A stretch of DNA of 64,000 bases from Azolla caroliniana (Eukaryota > Plantae > Polypodiophyta), in NCBI GenBank assembly GCA_043228905.1, contig JBHGNT010000014.1, positions 10,974,001 through 11,038,000 on the forward strand. The letters run 5' to 3'. This document shows positions 49,156 to 60,077 of the stretch, in pieces. The first letter of the stretch is position 1; each line of letters begins with the position of its first letter. The notes under the pieces are model-generated. The model was not told where the DNA came from. It did no database searches and was given only the letters and a program-made list of their open reading frames with translations. A program made the translations under genes and the position numbers.

Positions 49156-51340
49156 TGTCGTGATGTGGCGTGCTCGAGGGTGGGAAAAACCGGCGAAAGG
49201 GGCGGTCAAAAATGTGCATGTGCAATGTGTGTGCACACAAAAGCGATTAATTGTGCAAATACAAAATAAAAAGGAAAAGAAAGGGTAAAAAGGAGGTATA
49301 GAAGCTCGTGCAAAAAGTAAGAGAGAGGAGAGATACAAGGTAGAGGGGAGACAGGCTATAAATTTATAGAGATAGCATTATATATTGTATAAGAGAGAGT
49401 TAGTGGGCTAGTGGATAGTCACATTGATTACTAGCTGGAGGTGCACAGTTTGAATCTAGTCTTATAATGCAGCGTGATTTAATGAATGTTATTCCTTTTT
49501 CATTGAAGAAAAATTTGGCGACCCCCCTTTCTTTTTTTCCTATAAAAGGAGGTCGAGGGGGGCTCATTCGGGAGGACGTTTCAGGAGGAGGAGACTATCA
49601 CCAATTTTCCTTCGAAGCTTTTCATCTCCTTATTCACCACTTCTCTTCATCTCATACCCTTCATCCCCCATCGCCACGTGCTCGTCTTATTCGCGTCACC
49701 ACTCGAAGTGCTCGTGAGCCCAAGCTTCGTTGGTTCGACGTTGCTCCGCCCCATTCGTCGTTGCGAGCCCGTGTGTTCGCCGTTCGGATGGTCGTGGTTC
49801 GTTGGGATTGGCATTTTGGTGGTGCTCGTGTGTTCATCTTCGTCGTGTTCGGTTTTGCCTTGTCTCTAAGGGCATTTAATATTTATGTTTTGATTGAGCT
49901 TGTGGTTAACTATAAGTTTCCATTGTAAACAAAACCCTATTTTATAAAGGGTCCTCTTGCATTAGAATCGAACACTATTTATCTCTTTGCTCAATATCAT
50001 TCGTGTTTCTTTCTCTCCTTCTTACTTTATTCTTGTCTTTCCTGTACGTTCGACTGTCTTGTGACGAGGGGACCGTTCAGGCTTGCCCATGTACCTCTCC
50101 TCCTCATAAAGGCGTACGAGCATTTGTATGTGTGTTTGTGTCTTCCTTGTACGTTCGGCCATCTTGTGACGAGGGGAACGTTCAAGGTTGCCCATGCACC
50201 TCTCCTCCTCATAACGGCGTACGAGCATTTTCTGCATATGTTTGTGTCTTCCTTGTACGTTCGACCGTCTTGTGACGAGGGGACCGTTCGGGCTTGCCCA
50301 TGCACCTCTCCTCCTCATAAAGGCATACGAGCATTTGTGTGTGTGTTTGTGTCTTCCTTGTACGTTCGACCGTCTTGTGACGAGGGGACCGTTCGGGCTT
50401 GCCCATGCACCTCTCCTCCTCATAAAGGCGTACGAGCATTTGTGCGTGTGTTTGTGTCTTCCTTGTACGTTCGACCGTCTTGTGACGAGGGCACCGTTCG
50501 GGCTTGCCCATGCACCTCACCTCCTCATGAAGGTGTATGAGCATTTGTGCGTGTGTTTGTGTCTTCCTTGTACGTTCGACCGTCTTGTGACGAGGGGACC
50601 GTTCGGGCTTGCCCATGCACCTCACCTCCTCATAAAGGCGTACGAGCATTTGTGTGTGTGTTTGTGTCTTCCTTGTACGTTCGGCCGTCTTGCGACGAGG
50701 GGACCGTTCGGGCTTGCCCATGCACCTCTCCTCCTCATAAAGGCGTGCGAGCATTTTGTCCATGTGTTTTGTATCTTCCTTGTACGTTCGACGTCTTGTG
50801 ACGAGGGAGCGTTCGGGCATGCCCATGCACCTCTCCTCCTCATAAAGACGTACGGACATTCGTGTTTGTGTTATCGTCCCCTTGTGCGTTCATGTTGCTT
50901 GCTCATCTTACTTGTACCCGTTTGGTCACTTGGTTCGTAGGGTGATCTCGGAAGGTCGATGAGTCGTGATCAACAAGAGACACCGGCCTCATAAAACAAA
51001 GGGCAACGAGACCTTGCTCGGGAACGGGTCGGGAAGTAGTATTGTCGTAAAGCAAACCTCGGGTCTTCTCTATCCCTTGAGTACTCCCTAGTCCAAGACC
51101 CCTGTGGTCCCGCCCAAGTAACACACGTGCGGGAAACTTTGCGACATAAATTGGTAGTCGTGATCAACGAGACCCACCGGCCTCACAAAACAAAGGGCAA
51201 CGAGACCTTGCTTGGGAAGGGGTCGGGAAGTATTATTGTCGTAAAGCAAACCTCGGGTCTTCTCTATCCCTTGAGTACTCCCTAGTCCGAGACCCCCGTG
51301 GTCCCACCCAAGCAACACACGTGCGTGAAACTTTGCGACA
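49156..51340 (+). repeat. 3' LTR of element E with 8 x ~105-bp array (50043-50865) and duplicated U5
   Basis: TGTCG...CGACA; aligns to 22506-23430 + 37338-38465. Confidence 0.93.
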
Positions 51341-51822
51341 CCGGAAGACATAGTGGAAGCAATACGCTGACAACAAGAAGAGCGATTCCGGAATAAAAGC
51401 CTGTTCGACACAAAGCACCGACTACGACCGCAGAAGTTTGAAGAAGGAGATTGGGTGATTGTCTATGACAGTAGTTTGGATCATCAACATACAACGATGC
51501 GGAAGTTCGCGAAAAGGTGGTTCGGGCCATACGAGCTTTGGAAAGTTTTCAGCAACTGAACTTACCGACTATGCGAGTTGCATGGAACGATACTACGAGT
51601 GTCTATAGCCGGGAAACGGGTGAAGATTTTCAAAAAGCGGACTGATGAAGAACCCTATGTGATCCTAGATAAGACCGAGAAGGAGGAGCAATCGGACGAA
51701 AGTGGATTACAACTCATAGTCGACTTAAGGGGAGAATCGGAGGAAGCTTCGGATGAAGGTGAATAGCAAGCATCGGGAACTTCGGCACATACCGGAGGAT
51801 GTGTGGGTTCGGAGGGGGCGAG

Positions 51823-52478
51823 TGTCGTAGTGTGAATCACACACTATGTGAAATATGTAAAACACTATATCCAATTTAGAGTACGTATAATAAATAAATA
51901 ATAAAATATTAAAAATATTTATTATGTGCATAGGGCAAGATTCGAACCCTATACCTCCACGTAGACAAACCCCATACTTACCACTATACTTGCATATTAT
52001 GAATTTTAAAGTTATACTAAAATTTATCCCATGTAAATATTCTAGATATGCATGGTACAAAAAGTTATTCATGCATACACACTCGAGTTAAAAGAAAAGG
52101 TGGGATCGAAAGCTAATCATGCACATGCAATGTGCATGAAAACTAAAGTTAGGAAAAGCATGAGGCTTGCATGTGATAAACTTAGACTCTTCCAACACTA
52201 TATAAGGAAGAGAGAAAGATGTATAATGGTGGCTGATTGTTTTTAGAAGGATTTATTAATACAAAATATTCATGGTATTCACGATTTTACAATCTAATTC
52301 TCTCTAACAATCTAATTACCCATTGATACATTATACTCGTGGGATTCACGAGTTTCATATCTTCTTCTTACAATCTCTTCCTAACGAACATTATCTCATA
52401 TCCTTCTTTCTCCTAGTCCAAAACCCCCGCGGTTCCCACCCGACTCATGCAAACGATCCGGCGCCGAAAGGCTTGACA
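51823..52478 (+). repeat. 3' LTR of element D
   Basis: Aligns to 16031-17115; follows the PPT. Confidence 0.93.
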
Positions 52479-52766
52479 ACGTGATGATCGTGAAGATAGC
52501 TCAAGTGCATGACTTCCTCGATTTCGCCGATGGTGTCGTTAAATGGGGCCTCTTCCATAATATGAGTCACGAATTCTTCTTCTTCTATTATGTTTTCTTC
52601 TTTTAGCATCTTCTCCAATGCTTGTCCTTCTTGTTGGGTAGTACTAGTTTACATGCGCCATTAGGTGTGACACATGTTGTTTCTCCTTGCAATCCACATG
52701 CTCTACTTTCTTGTGGGGACTTGTGATCACTCGGACTATTTGTGCCCCATACTTCAATAGTCCGCT

Positions 52767-54960
52767 CTAAAAATCCGAGGATTCGCCTCCAAGACTATCT
52801 CGATTTCTTTCATGATTAGCTCGTACCGTTAGGAATTGAATAGATCTTTGATTGTCAAGACTCTTGATTCACACGAAGGCTACTCCATTATCGAACACCT
52901 TGGTCTCCATCCGGGAAGATGTGATAATCGGTTGACCTAGGATGATAGGATGCGAAGTCAATTCTTGCACGAAGAAGTGTTGATCCATCTCCACATCCCC
53001 AATCGTGACTTTAACATTGGGACAAGCTCCCTACAAGTCCTCTGTGGCCTTTGTTGCCGCTTGAATCTTCCATCCATGGTTTGTATTGATCGGCCATCTT
53101 CCTTTTTGTAGAACTCGGTTGACATGAGGTTGATCTCTGAGCCACGGTCGATCAAGGCTACCACAATCTCTTTCTTCTCCCCAATCTTCACCAGCGTCTC
53201 CGTTGTCGCTCGTGCCCAATGAGATCGAGTATAGTGGTTGTCCAACATATCTTCATCGACTTTGTCTCTTACCATTTTTATGGCATTTGGTTTTGCTTTT
53301 AGTGGCTTCTCTTCTTCCTCGTCCGATTGTTTTCTTTTTCTATTTACAAGGTTCACGATCGTATCATGGAACTCCTTCTTCGTAATGCCGAGCAATTCCC
53401 TCAAGGACAAGGTCACATGGTTATCGAGAACACGTTCTTCGAGAATATTCTTCAGATCTGTCGTTTGCTCATGTCTGACCTCAGCTTATAGGTAGGCATA
53501 GTTCTTGTCTTCCGAGCGGGGTCTTCGTCACCAACCTTCACGGCGCAAACCATTTCTTCGACTCGTTTGTTCGAATCCCCTTTTTGGCTTGATTCTCGTT
53601 CCTCCGTTTGTAAAACTCGACTCGTTTTTGGATCTTCCTTCTTTTTCACGCTACTTGTTTCATGTCTTTTTGATGGGTTGTAATGCCCTTACATTCTTTT
53701 TCTCTTTTCATCCACGAACACTTCATGTTTGTCACACATTACTTCCGCGAGTATGGTGTTGTCATCCACTGGATCCGACCATCCGGTGATACTTTGTACA
53801 CTTCGGTCTGCAAGCTCTACCTCGTTCAAAGGGACTTTTCCCTTCTTCTCATACTGGAGAACGGTAGACCAGAACTTTGCTCCCACTTTTGCAGCTTCAA
53901 TTTTGTCTTTCCCGACTCTTATTCCGGCCAACGCAACATAGTGCATCACATCCACATGAGTTTCTTTGGCATCCTCCATAGCTTTCTTCATTCCCCCTCT
54001 TCCGAAATTCACTCGTAGGGGTCTTCTTATCTCACTCAAGCAGATCATGTTGTCATCCATGTATACGATATTTTGTCGAATGGCATCTCGAAGGCTCGTG
54101 CAATCCCTTCTCATGTGGTCCATGCTATCACACCACACGCATCTAAAGGGTTCTTTTCCTTTGGGGCCCCAACGATTCATGTTGGCAAGCGTGACCATCT
54201 CGAACATCTTCGCTAGTTCTTCGATGATGTCATCATCAATCTTCTTTTCTTCCGGGTTGCTTTGTTTGGGCGGCTCAGCTACTTTCGGTTGTCTTGTTTT
54301 CTCCCTGACAGTCGATCTTGCCCAATCGGTGTCATCAACCCACTGATGACGCTTGTCGAGCCTATTGCACATCCGCTTCACCGCAATCCAATCAACCACA
54401 AGCCCATTTGCTTGGGTATCATCTTCAAGAAGAGTCCCCAATCCTCGTCTATCCTTCATATCCACAGCTTTCAAGAAGTACAAAGTCTTGTCCTCCTCAA
54501 GCAGCACTTGGTCCGTGTTGGGGAGACGACTAAACATCTGGTCGAATTCGTTGTACACCCTCGAAACGCTCATCCTCTTATTCTTCTTTTCTATCCACTT
54601 CATCAAGCCGTGTCGAGTCATCCTCGACAAATATTCCGTTGCGAACTCCGCTAATATCGCTTTCTCGAACCCGGACCATGTCCCTTCTTGAAGCTCGACA
54701 GCGCGCCTTTGGACATTGTTGGCGACCACTCTCTTGAAACTTGCGATTTGACGTGCTTCAGACACATCCCTCTGATTCATCTCCCTTTTGTGTGCATCAA
54801 GGAACTTCATAATGTTCCTTCCATCAAATTGACCCTCGAGCTCCACGACACAATCGACGGCCTTCTCCACGCTCGCATCTTTGTCCCGAGATCTCATCAT
54901 TTGTTCGACGATTAGCATCATCATTTCAAACTCTCCCGCTTGATTGCTTGAGGACGTCAT
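52767..54960 (-). pseudogene. Gag-protease ORF1 of element C
   Basis: GQFDGRNI, CVWCDSMDHMRRDC, ALIDRGSEINL; frameshifted; ends DF-stop. Confidence 0.9.
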
Positions 54961-55032
54961 CTCCAAGTATCGGTTGATCCTCGACTCGATCCTTCCTACC
55001 GCCTCTTTCACGTCGGGTTCACCACTTAATTA

Positions 55033-56223
55033 TGTCGTGAAAATCCGTCACTATGTGCGGATCGTGAGGCGGAACCGCCGGGGTCCTGGACCGGAAGGAT
55101 TCGAAGTTTGTACTAGCTTTAGCGAGAAAGTATTTAAGATAGATTGAAAGAGAGAGAAATTAAGATGGGGAGAGAGAGATTGAGATAAAGATTAAATGCT
55201 TGACTTTAGATTTGAGAGACAAGATTACTACATCACTAAATGGGATAAAGAATTTTCTTACTTTTAATTTCTTGATTAATACATAGCCCGTTTTTCTTCT
55301 TCATGTACTCTTTTATAGATGCCCCCATGCATATGATGCATGTGAGGGTGCAAGACATGCATGTAATGCATAAAATGCATGAGATGCATGATTGCCATTT
55401 GGCGCTCATGCATTACATGTGTTGCATGATAACCATGTCACTCAATCAAAGCTCTCATGTATGAAAATTTACATGTGAAAGTATAATGATAAAAATATAA
55501 CTTAAAGAAATGACTCGGCTTTTTTCGTTTCACACCGAAATCTTCAAGACACCGTGCTTCGTGATCAACCTATCCGACCAACCTATCTATCCGGTCCACA
55601 TTCGACTCGGTCCATCCGATCCGCATCCGACAGGGTGATCCGGTCTGGTTCCGGTGTCGTCTGGTCCCGATCCTTGTTCTGTCGTCGTCCGGTCCCGATC
55701 CCGATCCTGTCCGATCTGGTTCCGTCGCCGTCGCCGTCCGTTCGGTCCTATTCTGATTTCGTCGCCTTCTGTCCAGTGTCATCCGTCTCCGTTCCGGTTC
55801 CGTCGTCGTCTGTCCGGATCCTTCCAAAACACTATTTCAATAACTTGGTCGCATCTATTTATCCAATTTATACAACCCAACCCTTTTGTGCTCCTAGCAC
55901 ATAGATTAAATATAAAGAGATATGGCTCTACTTATATAATCTTGAATCCTGATGTTGTCCTATCTATGTAGGATATCTCATAGTTTTGTTTTCCTCTTCT
56001 TTTCAAACTTCACACTCACATAACTTGACACTAAGTTGTCCATTTCACATGTAGTAAAATGCATTCCGAAGCTCTTGAAGACATCCATCTTTTCATACCA
56101 AGATATTAAACTAATATAAAATAATATTCTCACTATTATTGTTTCATATTGTGTGTGAAGAACCACACTCTATTTTGTACATTCCATACAATTTTCACAC
56201 CGTTGCTGAAAATCTTCACAATA
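55033..56223 (-). repeat. 5' LTR of element C
   Basis: Followed on the minus strand by an 8-nt spacer and the Trp PBS. Confidence 0.9.
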
Positions 56224-56572
56224 GCATAACGCTAACTCCCCATGTTGTTGTTGCGTTTGTTGTTTTTCTAAAGCAATTTGTTGAAGATCACCTAACAATC
56301 ATTGGTTTTCTAGTTCCAATGCAACGAATTTTTCTTTTAGACAATGTAGCTCGGAAAAAACGTATTGATATTCCTGGGCGCTAATAGTAGCCATAGTATT
56401 GGAAAAAGGGGTAAGAGGATGAGGGAAACTGAAAAGAAGACCAAATGGAGAAATTGGGTCAAACTATCAAGAATAGTACTAAAATAGAGGGGAAATTCGT
56501 ACTAGAGAAGGGAAATACTATTAGTACTAAGAGGATAGACTACGTAAGATTCACGAGAGAGAAATAGCAAAG

Positions 56573-56609
<37 letters not shown>

Positions 56610-56830
56610 TGATGATAACAAATGATATATTATGTGAAGAGTAAGTACAAAATAGCTATGAGGTTTAAGACTGGCGTTCAACCAATTTGGTTCGAAATAA
56701 TGCCTTGTGCCTCTTTTTATAGTGTTCTCAGGAATAGTCCTGAAGCTTCTAGAATGTTCCAGAGAAATCTGGAATATACAATAATTTTCTATAGTAAAAC
56801 TTAAATGAAAATAATATTCTACATATTACA
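56224..56830 (-). mobile_element. 5' part of element B: gag start, leader and probable 5' LTR (~56543-56830)
   Basis: Frame continues across C (TWELAL/C/VQQIEAT); candidate LTR TGTAATA...CTTACG contains (CT)n; partner LTR not in the window. Confidence 0.55.
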
Positions 56831-56894
56831 ATAGATAATGTAATGGTCAAGAGCTCGACCCATATAACATAAGGTTATGGGTTCAAGTCTTGTC

Positions 56895-58733
56895 ATATCA
56901 TGACATGAAGCAGCCGAGGTGGGTCAATAGAACTTGCAATCCTTGGTCGACGATTTGCCCAACTAGCACCAAGTTCTTGGTAATTGTCGGGATGTGCATC
57001 ACATTCATGAGTCTCCCCTTTTGTCCAACATGGTTGAGGGGGACTTCACCGACATGTTCTATCAGGTGTGGAGTGTCGTTTCCGGTTTCGACCACTCTTC
57101 ATGGCTCGTCATGCGATTTGATGCTCCGGAGTCAACGTACCACACCTCGTCTGATTGTGAGGTGATTTTCTTCATCGAATTTGCCTTGTGTTTCATCACA
57201 AAGATTGACCCTTTTCTAGTTTTGGGTCATTCCAACCCTTCAGCGTAGTCGATCTTTGCCGACTCCCTTGCTCAATCTTGCCGGATCTGGATTTTTCTGA
57301 ATCAATGCGCTTCTTCCAGCACTCGCTCTCCTTTTGGCCCTTCTTGCTACAATACCATCATTCCGTGTCAGCCTTTACTTGCCGGTTTACGCCGTCGGCT
57401 TTACTCACCCCGCTCGTGAAGGGTTAGGAACTGTTTTAAGCATTTCGGGTATTCCTTTGTATTTGCTCTTGTCAGCTGCAACCATTGCGTGTCGATCCAC
57501 CTCGTCCGCCATGGCCATGGGGTCGATCCGCCTCCATGTACAGCATCTTGTCTGATTGAGTGGTCCTTGACACACTCACGTGGTTTTCTTCAACCATCAG
57601 CATCAATTGCAAGTCTACGAAGGAGGGTGGCTTCTCATGTGTCCATATTGTCGTCCGGATTGGGTTGTACCTCTACGCTAGACCATAGAGGCAAATTTGT
57701 ACCACCTCATCTTCATCCACCGTTACATTGATGGATCCCAAGGCATCGCAGATCTTCTTTATTTTGGAGGTGTAGTTAGTGACCGACATATCCTTTTTCT
57801 GGATATTGTTGAGCTCTTGCCGAAGCTGCAACTTTCGGGCCGTGGTACTTGCAGTGAAAATCTTTTTCAGATTTTCCGAGGCCTCCTTCGGCATTTTCTT
57901 TGTAATAGACTATATAATGTCTTACACGAGGAGTGCAGGCACGATACTTCTTTGGCTGCGATTAGTGATATTTGGTTAACTATATTAGGGTTTGGGTTTG
58001 AGGGTTTCGGGTATATGGGTTAACTGAGGGTTAAGGGTTAAGGGTTAACTGAGGTTTTTGGGTTAAATATCTTAAGGGTTTAGGGTTTTGTTCGGAGGGT
58101 TTAGGGCATATGGGTTTTGTTCGAAGGGTTTAGGGTTAAATATCTCTGATGTAGCCTAGCATTTGATCGTGCACACAGGAAGCAAAAGAATACAACACTC
58201 TTCTTGTTGCTTGCTCCCACACCGGGAAGTCCTTGTGTGCCGGTTCCAGCGCTACTTCATGTGCTCCTTCCACGTAACTCCAGTAACCATGCCCCAATAG
58301 GTACTAGACATCTTGAAAGACAACGATGCGTAGTTGTTCCAGTCAAGCTTTTTAGTGGGAAGTGAGCTCTCCATGTTTCTATCCATTTCTCTCTTCTTTT
58401 TCTGTTCTTACCAGGTGTTAGTTCTTGGTTTTTCTGAACGCTTTGTCGGCAACAAAGGATTCTCAACCCTCACGCTCTGATACCATGAAACAAGTAGCGT
58501 GTGGAAGCTAAACAAACACAACCGGCTCAGCCGGAAAGCAACAGAGAATGGTAAAACAGAGAGAACAATGGAGAGACATAGAGTACGCGGGAGAGACGGA
58601 GATAGAGAAAGCAGAACGCACACACAATTCTATTACAGGAATAACACTCAACACTCTATACATATAAATGTGCTAAAAGAGCACTTTTATACAAGTCTGT
58701 AAAGGACTAACAAAAGTACTGACAAGTATTTCA
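56895..58733 (-). mobile_element. Truncated copia: 5' LTR ~58486-58733, Met PBS, gag-protease remnant
   Basis: PBS TGGTATCAGAGC at 58474-58485; gag MESSLPTKKLD..NYA, ARKLQLRQELNN; protease WYVDSGAS. Confidence 0.8.
57975..58140 (+). repeat. Degenerate telomere-like (TTTAGGG/TTAAGGG) tract
   Basis: Several GGGTTTAGGG copies and variants. Confidence 0.75.
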
Positions 58734-58959
58734 ATGCTCATAACTGAGTTGTTGACACTAACTCCCAAAAATATCCCTATCTACTAGGCTAGGATCATAG
58801 GCCTCTAACGACCTACCGGTTTTCGTGGATCCGGGTCAACGATCCGGCTCTCTGATTCATCTCACCGATCCGATCCGGCTCCCAGCTTATTCAGCCGATC
58901 TAGCCCATGTTGAGCTTGCTTGCTCAATATCCCACAACTTCCGACTACAATCTTCAATG

Positions 58960-59226
58960 AAGGTCACAAAGTATTATGAACTGGTATGTGACTTAGTATC
59001 TACATAGAATATGTTTGTATGCATGAGTTCTAACGGCATTGTCTTCCTTGTCGGGGGCCTGGTTAGGAATGAGGTTTTGTTCTGCTTGTCGGTCAAGAAA
59101 TCGGTGCGCTTCTCGAGTTGCCTCCGGAATGAGGTTGTCGTTAGCAAGTCTTTGCATCCCCTTCTCACTCATGTAGCACAACCTCCTGTGCCATAGTTCG
59201 TGGACTATGTCGGCTGCCACATTCAT
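58960..59226 (-). pseudogene. Copia integrase N-terminal remnant related to element H
   Basis: NVAADIVHELWHRRLCYMSEKGM versus H NVAADTAGELWHKRLCHMSEKGM. Confidence 0.8.
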
Positions 59227-59264
59227 TTATCTCAAAAGGAAAATTAGAAGAATCTCACTAACAA

Positions 59265-60077
59265 GTGTATCAAGCAATCACTTGAAGGCTGATTGGAAAT
59301 GGATTTGGTCTTTTAGAGGACCAACAAAATACACTCTCTTCAGATGGCTTTTACTACATGCAGCACTACTTGTAGGTCAGTCTTTGAAAGGAAACGTGGC
59401 ACCAATTCTTAGACAATGTAGTTATTGTGGTGACTTGCAGGAAACTACCAAGCATGCTCCTGGTCCTGTTCAATAGCCCAACAAGTATGGAATAAAGTTC
59501 TTTCTTTATTCCTAACAATTAATGTAGGTTGCCTATTCTCCTGGGGATCAGCGGTATGAGGGGTTCTCCATTCCAATCTCTTATTGTATGAGGCAGATGA
59601 TGCTCTAGAGGCTAAGATAGTCGCCAACAAGCATCTAATATCCGTATCCCCTTTTCAGCAACCTCGAAAGCAAATGCGTGCAACCCATGTATGGAAAACA
59701 ATATCCACAGTTACATTATGGACCTTATTGAAGTATTGGTGTAAAGGACGATATGATTCTATAATTCCCCTTCTCTCAGATATATTGCTAGAATTATGGG
59801 ACAACTTATTGGTGGTAGTGCGTGGGCAATAAGACAATATGTTGGGCCCTTCGGAGGTTGTTCTTAAGAAAAGGAAAAAATTACTGCAGTTGTGGAGGAA
59901 GTTGCCTCTATTCACGGTCTCCGCTCAAGGACCTATATATGGAAATATCATCATCCTTGGCCCTTCCCCTGATTATCCTTTTTGTATATAACACTCTCTA
60001 ATTGTACAGTTTGTAGCCTTACAACGTTTTTTCTTAATACTAATGAAGGAAATCTTTTTGGAAAAAAAAAAAAAAAA
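59265..60077 (+). mobile_element. 5'-truncated L1-type LINE
   Basis: zf-RVT-like WKWIW..PTKYTLFRWLLLH..CSYC..ETTKH; A16 tail at 60062-60077; 11-bp TSD CTCACTAACAA at 59254-59264 and 60078-60088. Confidence 0.88.

Larger units (their letters stand above)
22506..51340 (+). mobile_element. Element E: tRNA-Trp-primed gypsy with ~2.2-kb repeat-rich LTRs, interrupted by F and H
   Basis: 5' LTR 22506-38465 (split by F), 3' LTR 49156-51340; TSD CCAG/CCGG; PBS 38471-38488. Confidence 0.92.
16031..52478 (+). mobile_element. Element D: tRNA-Trp-primed gypsy, inserted in C and interrupted by E
   Basis: LTRs 16031-17115 and 51823-52478; TSD ACGT/ACGT; PBS 17120-17137; PPT GGAGGGGGCGAG just before 51823. 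Confidence 0.93.
11558..56223 (-). mobile_element. Element C: tRNA-Trp-primed non-chromovirus gypsy, interrupted by D
   Basis: LTRs 11558-12755 and 55033-56223; PBS TGGTGAACCCGACGTGAA at 55007-55024; PPT at 12756-12772; TSD ACAT/GCAT. Confidence 0.9.

Noticed and set aside
50022-50940. Long repetitive ORFs on both strands (also 37244-38017)
   Set aside because: By-product of a 105-bp unit (multiple of 3) inside LTRs; frames break at unit indels and no domain is recognisable.
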